Positions 21,789 through 32,451 of a stretch of DNA of 32,451 bases are shown here, one piece after another. The notes beneath the pieces are model-generated. The model did no database searches, was not told the origin of the DNA, and was given only the letters and a program-made list of their open reading frames with translations. The stretch lies in the NCBI RefSeq assembly GCF_000281045.1, contig NW_008246156.1, forward strand, positions 8,760-41,210, written 5' to 3'. Position numbers and translations under genes: made by a program. Within the stretch, counting starts at the first letter, position 1, and the number at the start of each line of letters is the position of its first letter. The stretch comes from Saprolegnia diclina VS20 (Eukaryota).

Positions 21789-23857
21789 ATGCTGCTGCGC
21801 CTGGCAACGACGCGCTGGACGGCGCGCGGCCGAAGCCTCTCGACCATGGGCGGCGTGAGCCCTGGCATCCGCGCGGCCGTGGACGAGTTTGAGGTGCGAC
21901 GCGTCGCGGTCGGCGTGGGTCACGCGATCCTGCTGTAGCGCAAGAAGGGCGGCTTCCGCGCCGACCACACGCACCGCGTGTCGACGCGCCACATCTTTGC
22001 CAACAACCAGCTCCGGTAGCCTCGCACGCGGCGCCATGGTCGCTCATGCTGGCGGCGTAGGCTCGAGCAAATCGACGTCGTCGGCTTTGGTGCGCCTGCT
22101 ACGTCTCATTGTCGCTGAAGGTTCCATGCGTAGACTATGACTACACGCTGTGCCACTACACGGTGGAGCTTCAGCGCCTCATCTACGACATGGCCAAGCA
22201 CACGCTTGTACGCATGTCGTCTCTGCCCACCGGACGCTGACGTGGCTCATGCAGGTCGAGCGGTATCGGTACCCGGACGGGCTGCTCGCGCTGCAGTTCG
22301 ACCCGTCGTTTGCGATACGCGGCCTCGCGATCGACAGCGAGAAGGCGCTTCTGTGCAAGATCAGCTCGCACCAAAAGCTGTCGTACACGGGTCGAGCCCG
22401 GTGGTTTGTCGCGTGTGCTCATGATGGCACCAGGTGTCTTTCGTGGGCGGCAGCGCCTCTCCAAGGCCGAGATCCTGCAGCTCTATGACGGGTCCCGCCA
22501 CATTCCCATCTTGTACCGCGACCGGACGATGAAGCCGCTCAACGACCTCTTCTCTGTCGCGCACGCGTGCCTCTTTGCGGACGTGATCCAGTTCTTTATG
22601 GACAAGAGCATCACGTTTGAGCCACGCGCCGTGCACGAAGTACGCTCCTGCGACCGATATGGTGCTATAGATTGCGTAGGATATGGACGCAGCGATCGCG
22701 GACGTGCACACGAGCGGCCGCATGCACAAGGCTGTCGTCAAGAACTTGCCCAAGTACATGGAGCCCAACAAGAAGCTGCGGACGCTCCTCGAGCGCTACA
22801 CGGTAATAGGCGGCTGCTATCGGATATTCCTCGGTAAAATACGCGATAGGACGAAGGGGAAAAGCTGTTTGTGCTGACCAACAGCTCGTTTCGGTACATT
22901 GACGCCGGGCTCAAGTACATGGTGGGCGACGATTGGCGCAAGGTACTCGCAGTATTTGTGAAATTTCACGAATTGGATCGTCTAGTTTTTCGAAATTACG
23001 CTCGTGAGCGCCAAGAAACCCGACTTTTACACGCGCTACCGTACCTTTCGGCTCTTTGACGTGGACCAGCGCCAAGTGCAGTGGCAAGCGGTCACCCGCC
23101 TCGAGCCCAACTGCGTGTACACCCAAGTAGGTCCTCACATGGCGTTTCTAGCAACAAGGGACGTTGTAGGGCAGCTTGCGGCAACTGATCATGCTCAAGG
23201 GCTGGGGCGGACGACGCGTGCTCTACATTGGGTGTGTCTCGGTCTCTCTTGCATCAGAACGTAGTTGTGGTGTAGCGACAGTCTCTTTTCCGACTTGGTC
23301 GAGCCCAACCGCATCCTCGGGTGGCGCACCGGCGCCATCATCCGCGAGCTCGAAACGGAGATTTCGATTCAGTCGAGCGACGCGTACCAGGCGCTGGCCT
23401 ACGAGGTGATGCACTTTGTCGTCTTCTTCTGCGGCGACGAAGGACGTAGCACGCACTCGTGGAAGACCTCTTGCGCCACATGCAACGTCATCTGTACAAC
23501 GACCAGTACGACGAGGTAGCTAACTCTTTGCGTTTCCTTGATTGATGACAAGTGTAGAACATTGCACTCTACAACGAGTACATTGCAGTGCACTCGTTGC
23601 TCCAAGAACGCATGGAAGCGCTGATCAACCCGAACTTTGGCTCGGTCTTCCGCGTCGAGTCGCATCCGTCGCAGTTTGCGTTTTCCGCCCAGCGGTCGGC
23701 GACCGAGATGACACTTCGGACACCAATTCGGTTCTGTAGCTACGTGGACGTGTACAGTTCGCGGCTCAAGAACCTCCTCGAGTACCCCAAGACGTACACC
23801 TTCTTTCCCGAGCGCACGCGTCTCCCGCACGACCCGACGCTGCAGGCACCCCGCTAG
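21789..23857 (+). CDS. HAD-superfamily (IG) 5'-nucleotidase-domain protein (NT5DC/cN-II-like), 14 exons, probable mitochondrial presequence
   Basis: The spliced product has IFANNQL, motif I VVGFDYDYTL, motif II KLFVLTNS, SAKKPDFY, motif IV LYIGDSLFSDL, GWRTGAIIRELE and NPNFGSVFR. Thirteen GT-AG introns of about 40-47 nt. N-terminus MLLRLATTRWTARGRSLST. Confidence 0.92.
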
Positions 23858-23868
23858 CTCATCCAATG

Positions 23869-23924
23869 TGGATTCTTGGATAACTGGATTCTTGGATAAC
23901 TGGATTCTTCGATTACTGGATAAC
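23869..23924. repeat. 16-bp tandem repeat (about 3.5 copies) between convergent stop codons
   Basis: TGGATTCTTGGATAAC twice exactly, then TGGATTCTTCGATTAC and TGGATAAC. Overlaps the last codons of the minus-strand membrane protein gene. Confidence 0.85.
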
Positions 23925-25853
23925 CACGGACGTATCTTTGAGGATCTTGATGTTGTAGACAAGTGCTGTGACGTCGACGAGGGATTCGTCGACAAGATGC
24001 AGCTGGTAGGACCCGTCCTGCGTCACGAGGTACGGCGTGTCGATCGTAGTTTGGCTGCTGGCGGCGCTTCCTGTCATTGCGGTCGCGGCCTGCGTCACGC
24101 GCTTTTTGGTGATGCGCAGGTCCTTCTCGGGGAGGCCAAAGAGGGTGAGGTGCGTCATGAAGAACCACTGGAGGGTGCTGAGGCGCCGGGCCTTGCACAC
24201 CATGCGCGAGATGCCCGACTGCGGTTTTTGCTGAATGTCATCGAGGTAGTCGCAGAGGATCGAGCTGCTGTTGTAGATCGCTTGGCGCGCAAAGCTGTGG
24301 GCGCGCAGTTTCCGCCAGAACGCGTAGTGGACGCTGTGGTCGAGAAGCACGACGAGCCCGAGGTTGGCGACGAGCCCGATCGCGATCGCCGACGCGTTGC
24401 GCACGTAAAAGCTGTTGAAGACGTCGACGTGCAGCCCGTCGAGCTTTTCGACTCCGTTTTTGAGCTCGACGATGACGCTGTTGCTGTACTCAAAGTACGG
24501 CGGCACGTAGAACAAGAGGATCGCGCTCAGGTACAGCGTCGTGACGCCCGAGAGGTTGCCAAGTTCCATGAGCCGATTCTCGCCCGCGTACGTCGAGCGC
24601 GCAAGCGTGTGCAACGTGATCTTGAGCAGCTTGAAGGCCGCGCAGTTGCCCCACAGCAGGCGGACGCTCAGCGCGAAGAGCTGCAGCGAGTACTTGAACT
24701 GGGGCGCGAGCGCGTTGTAGAGGTTCATGTGCCGGAGGAAGATGAGGCCGTTCTGGATGTCGAGCAGCACCATGCCGCAGTAGAGAAACACAAAGATGTC
24801 CGAGTTGTAGCAGAACATGTCGAAGCGCAGCGCGTGGGACGCGTACGGAAAGTGCTTTGGCAGCACCGTGCGCACGAGCCGCGACACGAGCGTCTCGGGC
24901 TTGGCCAAGTCCACCTCGTACCACTGCACGGTCGACCGGCTCGCGAGGTAGCCGGCGATTGCAAACATGATCGCGAGCACTTTGAGCACTTGGGAGAGAA
25001 CGACAAGCGGCGTGCACGGCAGCATGAGCCCGAGGTCGTATGTCGAACCGACGATGTTGGCGCCGCTCGTCACGGTGAGTTGCTTGCTCGAGTCGTTGTA
25101 GACCATGGTGAGGTGGCACGTACCGAAACCAAACTCGGCGATCGGGTCGCACCCGGTGCAAAAGCTCTTTGGAAACACGCGGTAGTACGAGACGTTGTAG
25201 CTCTGCGGCGCCGAGCTGTTGGCGATCGCGAAGGGCCGCGTGAGCCGCGTGTCGACGATCGTGCGCGCCGGCGCGTACCCGAGCGCCCGCAGCTGCGCGC
25301 TGCTCATCGAGACGTTGCCAAGGTTGGCGCTGGCGTCGTCGGTGAAGGCGTGGCTGACCGTGTCGCCGCGAATGAACGAGACCGTGTCCGAGGCGAGACC
25401 GAGCTTCACGTACGGCGACGTGCTAATGTCCACGGTGTACTTGCGCTGGAAGATGGCGCAGAGACTCATCGAGTTGTCGAGCGTGTAGCTGCCGGCCGAG
25501 ACAAAGTACATGTTGGGGTTCTTGCTCACAAAGGCCGCGACGGTAAAGTTCATCATCCAGCCTCCAATGTTGGAGAGGTCGGTGAGCCCGAGGCCTTTGG
25601 CAAATGAATACTGCGACGAGAGCTGCGCCGAGCTCGAGACGGTTGCGATCGGCGAGAGGAAGCGGAAGCCGTTCCCGACAAACTGGTTGACGGCCCAGTT
25701 GTTGGCGATTGAGTCAAACGCCACGAGGCAGATGACGATGAAGCCGACGCCGACGACGACGGCCTGGCGCCCGAGACGCGCGAGATGTGCGTACCGGGGC
25801 ATGCCTCTCTCTTTCACAAGGACGCCTCCGAGAGTGTAGCGCGACGACGCCAT
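23913..25853 (-). CDS. Uncharacterised multipass membrane protein (646 aa)
   Basis: Intronless ORF, first ATG at 25853, strong codon bias. An N-terminal TM (AVVVGVGFIVICLVAF) precedes a roughly 220-aa Ser/Thr-rich glycosylated loop containing FCTGCDPIAEFGFGTC, then several further hydrophobic segments and a cytosolic-type tail. Confidence 0.88.
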   Translation of the reverse strand: MASSRYTLGGVLVKERGMPRYAHLARLGRQAVVVGVGFIVICLVAFDSIANNWAVNQFVGNGFRFLSPIATVSSSAQLSSQYSFAKGLGLTDLSNIGGWMMNFTVAAFVSKNPNMYFVSAGSYTLDNSMSLCAIFQRKYTVDISTSPYVKLGLASDTVSFIRGDTVSHAFTDDASANLGNVSMSSAQLRALGYAPARTIVDTRLTRPFAIANSSAPQSYNVSYYRVFPKSFCTGCDPIAEFGFGTCHLTMVYNDSSKQLTVTSGANIVGSTYDLGLMLPCTPLVVLSQVLKVLAIMFAIAGYLASRSTVQWYEVDLAKPETLVSRLVRTVLPKHFPYASHALRFDMFCYNSDIFVFLYCGMVLLDIQNGLIFLRHMNLYNALAPQFKYSLQLFALSVRLLWGNCAAFKLLKITLHTLARSTYAGENRLMELGNLSGVTTLYLSAILLFYVPPYFEYSNSVIVELKNGVEKLDGLHVDVFNSFYVRNASAIAIGLVANLGLVVLLDHSVHYAFWRKLRAHSFARQAIYNSSSILCDYLDDIQQKPQSGISRMVCKARRLSTLQWFFMTHLTLFGLPEKDLRITKKRVTQAATAMTGSAASSQTTIDTPYLVTQDGSYQLHLVDESLVDVTALVYNIKILKDTSVVIQ

Positions 25854-26107
25854 TGCTGCTTGGTGCCAAAACGACAACTGTACTCGAAACCGCCATCACA
25901 GAAAGTGCAAAGTCGTTTCAGGCGCCCAAGAGACAAACGCGGTCGCCACCGACCACCAGTCCACGCAACGTCTCGTGCTTTTGGAGATTGGACGAGGAGT
26001 CCATTCGGCGATCTTCAGGGATGTTGTTACAAACGTAAATAATGGGAATGGAGGCGACAAGATTTCTCGAAAGCAATCAAGTGTATGTGGTGGCATTGCA
26101 GATGATG

Positions 26108-26167
26108 TGATCCGCAACCTGATCCGCAACCTGATCTGCAACCTTATCCGCAACCTGATCCGCAACC
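26108..26167. repeat. 12-bp tandem repeat, 5 copies, in a divergent promoter
   Basis: TGATCCGCAACC x5 (two copies have one mismatch), plus a degenerate copy CGATCCACAACC at 26179-26190. Confidence 0.9.
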
Positions 26168-26275
26168 AGAGTTTGTGGCGATCCACAACCAGATTCCAGA
26201 GTTCCGACGATCTTCGCCGGCCACTCGCGATTTCGGAAGATCTATATTTTTTCGCTGTTTCGACGCAATTAAAAG

Positions 26276-27083
26276 ATGACGCTCAAGCTCGCAGGCAAGG
26301 TCGCGCTCGTCACGGGTGCGTCGCGGGGCATCGGCCGCGCGATCTCCGCCAAGCTGGCGCAAGATGGCGCGTCTGTCGTCCTCAACTACGCGGCCAACGA
26401 GGCCGACGCCGTCGCGGCCGTCGAAGCCACCAAGGCGCACTTCACGCTCCCGTCGCAGCGCGCGATCCACGTCCGCGCCGACACGGCGGTCTACGCGCAG
26501 TGCCAGCACCTCGTCGACGAGACGCTTGCTGCGTTTGGGCAGCTTGACATTCTCGTCCTCAACGCCGGTGTGCTCATCAACCACAGCCTCGCCGAGATCA
26601 CCGAAGGTAGCCACTCTATTGTCGAAGGAAGCTTATGTATTTCGGATAGAGTCGTTTGATCGCTCGATGAACGTCAACGTCAAGGGCCCGCTCTTCCTGA
26701 CACAGATTGCGGCGCCCAAGCTGCCGGACGGCGGGCGCGTCATCTTTATCTCGTCGACGCTCACGGCCTTTAGCGGAATCATGCCCAACTACGCGCTGTA
26801 CGCGACGACCAAAGGCGCTATCGAGCAGCTCTCGCGCACGTTGGCCAAGGACCTCGGGCGCCGGGGCATCACTGTCAACACTGTTTCGCCGGGTCCGACG
26901 GCCACGGAGCTCTTCTTCAAGGACAAGTCGGACGAAACCATCGAAATGTTCAAGCGGTTGGCGCCCACGGGCCGCCTCGGGGAGCCCGACGACATTGCCA
27001 ACGTCGTCGCGTTCGTCGCTGGTCCCGACTCGGCGTGGGTCAACGGCCAAAACATCCGCGCAAATGGAGGCTACGTCGTCTAA
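26276..27083 (+). CDS. Classical short-chain dehydrogenase/reductase, 2 exons
   Basis: KVALVTGASRGIG (TGxxxGxG), LDILVLNAG, catalytic S...YATTK, ITVNTVSPGPTAT and WVNGQNIRANGG. Intron at 26607-26649. Confidence 0.95.
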
Positions 27084-27277
27084 GACGGCTATATAAGCCA
27101 TAACACTTGACAACTTAGATCTTAGTTGTTGCCTTTGACTGCCACGGAAGCCTTGGGCCTGCGATGTGGCATTTTCGAATCTTCGTTTGATAAGACAGGC
27201 GGGACATGTACCTCTTCGTAGCCAATCACATGCGTGTATATACTTCAACTTGACGTGGATTGGCTGGATTGGTCACG

Positions 27278-29094
27278 ATGCAAGATCGCAACAGTTCGAT
27301 TTTTGAGATGCAAACCACGAGCTACCCGCCGCTGCTGCCGACGTACGGGACGTCGGGCGGCCCGCCGATGGCAGCCACATGGCGGCTCTCGCACCTCCTC
27401 CTCCTCGTGAACGTCCTCGGCTTCCTTTCGATGGTGCTGCTGGGCCTCGCGCTCTTCCCGCGGGCGGCACCTTCCGAGCCGCACCGTAGCAGCGAGCTCG
27501 GGATTCCCTTGGCCCTCCTGCCGCCCGCGTGGGCAGCCACGGACGTAACACCGTACAAGAGCCAGATGGGTCGCGGGACGTGCTGGGACTTTGCCTCGAT
27601 CGGGTACCTCGAATGGTCGTACCGTGCCGAGGGCCATCGCCGCGGGTGGCTGGCACCCACCGAGTACGTTGCCTTCTCCGAGCAAGCGTACGGCATCTCC
27701 GTCATGCGTCTTTGCGACGGCCCCGCAAACTCGCCGCAACAAAAGAACTGCCGCATTGCAGGCGACCAGGTTTATCGCCTTCCGCTGAATCGTCTTCGTC
27801 ACGTGCGTGTAGGTGTGGAACCACTCGACCGAAGGCGGCGAAGTTGTGAACCTCTACTACCTCGAAAACGGTCTCCAGCGCCAAGTCCTTCCGCACAGCG
27901 TGTGTCCGTACACGGTTCTCCCGGGCTACGACAACGTCTGTCCGGACTTCAACGCGTCGCTCGCCCACAACCCGCTGCGCTTTCGCGTCAAGGTACTTGG
28001 CTCGATACCCATGAGGTGTTCGTACCATATCGTCTGTGACGCAGGCCGTCCACTCGTTCTACGACGACCTCAGCATCAAGAAGCGGCTCGCGTCAACTCA
28101 AAAAGTGCTCGCATTCTCGACGCCGATCGTGTCGGTGCCGCACTTTCTTCCGAGCACCGGGCCGTCCTGCGCGCCCTGTCCGCGATCGCTCTGGCCGCAC
28201 GTCTGCTGCGTCCGCTCGAGTGACACGCTCAAGAACAGCGGGCTCAATATGCAAGGCGAGTTCTACCACTCGCCCGAGATGACCTTCTCGGGCGGCCATG
28301 CGATGCTAGTTGTCGGCTACAACGACGCCTTCATGACGCAGGAAGGCCACACGGGGGGCTTTATCCTCAAAAACTCGTGGGCCGACAGCCCGACGCGCAA
28401 CTCGCACTCGATCGCGTACTTTGCGCAAACCATTTCGTACGATGACGAGCTCAGCGTGTGCCCCAACAGCTACAAGTAAGAACTTATGTCGGTGGACAAG
28501 AGTCGTATCGAAGCTGTCTAGTCCGCTCAACTGGCTCACGTGCAAAACCCTCGACGAGTGTTTAGCCCTTGACGGCAGCGAGAGCCTTCGCCCGCTAGAG
28601 CTCCGCCACGTCAATCGATCCACTACCCAGTACCTCAAGAACGTGACGCTTGGCGGCGACGCGATGGCAACGCTTTGCCTCTGGGACCACGACAACGTGA
28701 CGCAGGCGGCGACGGACTGGTGCTTGCCGCCCATGCAGCTGGGAACAGCCACGACGCTTATCGCGTTCGAATTGAAGTTTTGTAGATTCGTAAATGGGCT
28801 AATTGTGTATATAGACCATGGCACGTGCGACCGAATGACCCGGCGCAGTGCGGTTTCTACTTCATGCCGTACGAGACGCTTCGGCAGTACCAGACCAAGT
28901 TCCACAGCATCAAGGCGTTTGATTTTGACGTCGAGTGGCACCCGCAGTCGTTCGCCATGAACGCCGCAGCGTACAAGACCCTCGACTACGCGGCAGTACT
29001 GGCGTCCACCGCGACGCAGATCGTCCAGAGCTTTGACGGGCCGTTTCCGTTCTCAAGCCACATTGACTTTGTGGACGATATGTGGGCGGCGTAG
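27278..29094 (+). CDS. Papain-like cysteine protease (C1A) with N-terminal membrane anchor, 5 exons
   Basis: Oxyanion Gln and catalytic Cys in KSQMGRGTCWDF, then FSEQ, catalytic His in GGHAMLVVGYND and Asn in FILKNSW. Introns at 27770-27812, 27993-28044, 28476-28521 and 28765-28814. The start could instead be 27308. Confidence 0.92.
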
Positions 29095-30586
29095 ACAAAA
29101 TGCCACTCATCGATTCAAAGGGTTGATTCCGTTTGTTGCATTTCTTAAATAGAGACTAGTGAGAGGGGCAGGGGCAACGCATTTTAGTGTGTACTAATAA
29201 CGTTAGTGTTCTTTACTTAATGCAATGAGTTTCATTTCTCTGACCCTGCAGACCAAAAAAGCCAAGACGTCAAAGGCAGCTGGGCCGTTGCACCTCAATA
29301 TGACTCTGCCTCGCAGCGGATGATAAGCGGCATACTCTGAAGGGGAAGTAGATCCAATTGGGCCTCCACTTTGGCATCCCGCCTCGTCGCCAACACCTTG
29401 ACCGTATCGTCGAGGGCCTCTTGAGCTCGGCAGGGAGCGGCATCCTTGCCCGAACATCGCCGCGAAGAAGCCGGTGGCGTCAGGGGTTAATTATCTCAGA
29501 TTGTTGCCGACGATCGACGAGACCGCGACGCGCCTAAAAAAGACCATCAAAGGGCGCGCGACAGGCTCGAGTGGGTGCTGTATCGGTCGACGAGGGCCAG
29601 CGCTATTGCAATTTGAATCATGGTTGATGGACGCGGATCTAAACCTTTCGTCAAAAGCGAATTTTCCGTGGTAGTGGACGAAGCGAAGCAAGGCCACAAG
29701 TATCCCAGTTCTATTTGTGGTCTTGCTTCAGCGATCACCCTCTCCACGACCCTCCTTGACCCGCAGCTTCAACTTCACAGATAGCTACTGTACAGTGTAC
29801 TGGGATTGTGATGCTGCGGACGACATTAGGATCTGTTGTCACACGAAATGCGGTTCAATTGTACCAACGATGGGCGAGGAAGTGATGACTCTTGATCTGA
29901 CAGTGCCACGTCACGGAGTATCTCTGCTGAACGGACGCTGACCGCAACCACGTAGGCTTCAGGACAGTTGGGCAGATACTCGCATCGTGTTCAGTGTCAG
30001 AGTAGCTAACATTGACCTGCTTTGAATTCGTTGGCGCAGGTGCTTGCTAGGTTTCGACTCTACCACCGTGTACTCTAACGTAGACAATGGAACTGGTGGG
30101 GTTGGGTCGAGGACCACAGCTTCGCTGTAGGCAGCTTCAAGGTCGATGCCACGCGGCTGCCACGTCGTCCCGTACGTTGAAGTACATTGCGCCGCAGTCG
30201 CAGATCACAGAAGCGGTTCTTCAAAGCTGGTCGGAAGGCGAGCCACACTCGTCATCACTGAATGCAACAACTGCGAGCATGTGAGTATCGTCCATGAACC
30301 TGTTCCTCCCGACCTCCAAACCACTTAGTGGCAGCGAACGTCATTCGACCGCACGTCGTCCGTGACGTGGCAGTGCGAGATCCAAGAAAAGCAAGAGCGT
30401 CACGCACAGATTCGGCTACACACTACCTTTGTGTGGTGTAAAACTACCACAGTGTGGACGCCTTGGGCGCTTCAAGTAGCTACAATGTATCGCTGGCGCT
30501 CAAGATCTCGGTAAAGGAACCCCGTACACGATCGTTGAAGGCTCGCTTCGAGGTACTGGTCCGACTTGCAGGTGGCTTGAGCAACA

Positions 30587-31639
30587 ATGAATGGCTCACT
30601 TTTCAACACGCCGCCTTCCATGAAGTTGGCTCTATTCCTCGTGCACGGCTCCCAACGCAAGGCTGTCGCCCCCGAACGGGACGCCAAGGTGGAAGCTCGA
30701 GTCATTGCGGGAGAGCCGCTTGACGACAAGACCACGGCGTCGGCAGCAACACTCGATGATGCTGTCATGGCTGCGACCGACGACCCGAACAAGATGCCTC
30801 CGGCAGCGCCCAGCGACTCGACGACGGCTTCGACGACAGTAGCGGCCTCGCTCACGGACAAGACCAAGACGTTCAAGGCGACTAAGGCAGTGTTGCGTCT
30901 GAACATGGCTCGTCTGCGTCATGAAGCGGACGACGAGCGACACGCTCTCGAGGGGACCTCGTCCATTTTTGATCTGTCAGACCGTTATCGTAACAGCTTG
31001 GAGCCTGTCTTGACCGACGCGGTGCTTTTTGACAGCCTCGTCTTTGGGTGCGGCGCGGTCCCGGCGATTGCCAATCACTTTCCAACGCTCTTTGACTCGA
31101 CGGAGCTGCCGAGCCCTGAGGCACTGAACATCGACGGCGCCGTCCGCTTCGGCCAGTACGCCTACTACCTCGCCGAGGTCCCGACGTCGGTCAACTACGT
31201 CAACGTGGTGCTCTCTGACTCGATCGCGGGGCTTGCGGCGCTTCGCCGGGCAACGTCGGCCCACCGCCGAGTATACGCCTCGGTCTTGCATGTCGAAGTG
31301 CCGACGCCCGACATCTCCATCGTGGCCCTAGGCGCCGTCGAATGGCGGGCCATCTTCGAGTTTGTCGACGAGATGGAGCTGGCCAAGGATCTCTTCGCCG
31401 CCATGTTCTTGCGGCTGCGTGCCGTGCGCATTGCAACGGCCTTCACGCACCCATCACGGCTCTCGACGCTCCACCACTGGCTCATGGTCGAGCAGTGCGA
31501 GGGAATGTGCGTCGCGCGCGAGCAGCACGTGTCATTGGACGCGACGATTGCCGATCTGAAAGACGCGATCGAAAGAGTCCCAAAGCTATCTCCGGAGGAA
31601 GAGGCCGCGTTTGATGCCCTCTTTACGCGAGCGGCGTAG
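30587..31639 (+). CDS. Hypothetical protein (about 340-350 aa)
   Basis: 1053-bp ORF with GC3 bias, an Ala/Thr/Asp-rich low-complexity N-terminal part and a globular-looking C-terminal part. No recognised motif. Start is uncertain (30587 or 30620). Confidence 0.6.
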   Translation: MNGSLFNTPPSMKLALFLVHGSQRKAVAPERDAKVEARVIAGEPLDDKTTASAATLDDAVMAATDDPNKMPPAAPSDSTTASTTVAASLTDKTKTFKATKAVLRLNMARLRHEADDERHALEGTSSIFDLSDRYRNSLEPVLTDAVLFDSLVFGCGAVPAIANHFPTLFDSTELPSPEALNIDGAVRFGQYAYYLAEVPTSVNYVNVVLSDSIAGLAALRRATSAHRRVYASVLHVEVPTPDISIVALGAVEWRAIFEFVDEMELAKDLFAAMFLRLRAVRIATAFTHPSRLSTLHHWLMVEQCEGMCVAREQHVSLDATIADLKDAIERVPKLSPEEEAAFDALFTRAA

Positions 31640-32039
31640 CGTCAAATTGCACGTTGAGGCACAATAACTTGTAGCCGAGAGATTTCTAAGAACATAAATG
31701 TCATGCCATAAGGGTCGATTCAGAGTAACTTTGGGCCAGCGGCTTATGAAATCGCTAGATGCTGTGCAGAGTAACTTACTGCGACTCCACAGGTGCGGCT
31801 CTCGGCTGCAGACCAACATATGGCTTTTCCCATCGCTGATTGGTCAGTTTGAGATTTCCTCCAGGTCAGCGACTGTCGGATCATGCAAGCAAGCTCTGAC
31901 GCTCCAGCTGCGCACATGCAAATTCGATTGGCCGACCTCCTCCTCTGCGAGGTGTACCCAATCGGAAGAATCGCCGTACCGTAACCAATTCGGGATTGGC
32001 CAAGAGGGCGTCGTTAATCACATAACCTCGAAGGCGTTG

Positions 32040-32451
32040 CACTAGTCATTGAGCAGCAGCGTGTATGAGTGGCGCTCGGATACTTTTTGTGTGAATAAAA
32101 AGACGAATTAAATGGTTTGAAAATTCTCATTCGATTTATGTATAGCGACTGGTGGCTATTTTTGCACCGAATTTGTAAAAACTACGCGTCAATATTCGAA
32201 AGGACGACGAACTTCAAATGGTTGAGCGACCTAGACAAGTCCATTTAAGCCCACTTTGAGTGGCCCCGACCCCAAATTGGAGCTCGTTGGCGCAATATGA
32301 CGGGTCGCGAGAGCTCGAGCAGCCATTTCTGACGCTCGAAACATATCCATCGTTGTAAAAACGGTCTTTGATGCGTTGGAGCAGCCGTAACACTAGTCAT
32401 TGAGCAGCAGCGTGTATGAGTGGCGCTCGGATACTTTTTGTGTGAATAAAA
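32040..32451. repeat. Exact direct repeat with 351-bp period, truncated by the window end (possible Helitron-like tandem unit)
   Basis: 32040-32100 (CACTAGTCATTGAGCAGCAGCG...GTGAATAAAA) is identical to 32391-32451. The region is AT-richer and has no ORF. Confidence 0.85.

Noticed and set aside
26108..26167. CRISPR-like array
   Set aside because: Contiguous 12-bp units with no spacers, in a eukaryotic context.

Overview
Eukaryotic, gene-dense, GC3-rich DNA with many 40-60 nt GT-AG introns. The gene content and intron style point to an oomycete, probably Saprolegniales (inference). Hand splicing gives, in order: a degraded 2OG-Fe(II)-oxygenase-like remnant, a Cdc20-like APC/C activator, NDUFS5 (missed by the ORF track), mitochondrial L7/L12, and poly(A) polymerase head-to-head with exportin-4 across only 78 bp. 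Next come two unannotated spliced microproteins (68 and 74 aa) and a 2+2 inverted cluster of four paralogous Cys-rich, probably GPI-anchored proteins that I do not recognise, with a variable N-terminal loop and signs of gene conversion. The rest holds a GT48 1,3-beta-glucan synthase with a MIT-like N-terminal exon and Cys-rich insertions, a 13-intron HAD 5'-nucleotidase, an uncharacterised multipass membrane protein, an SDR, a membrane-anchored papain-like protease, a hypothetical ORF, and a 351-bp-period direct repeat cut by the window end. All identities come from motif recognition; no database searches were run.
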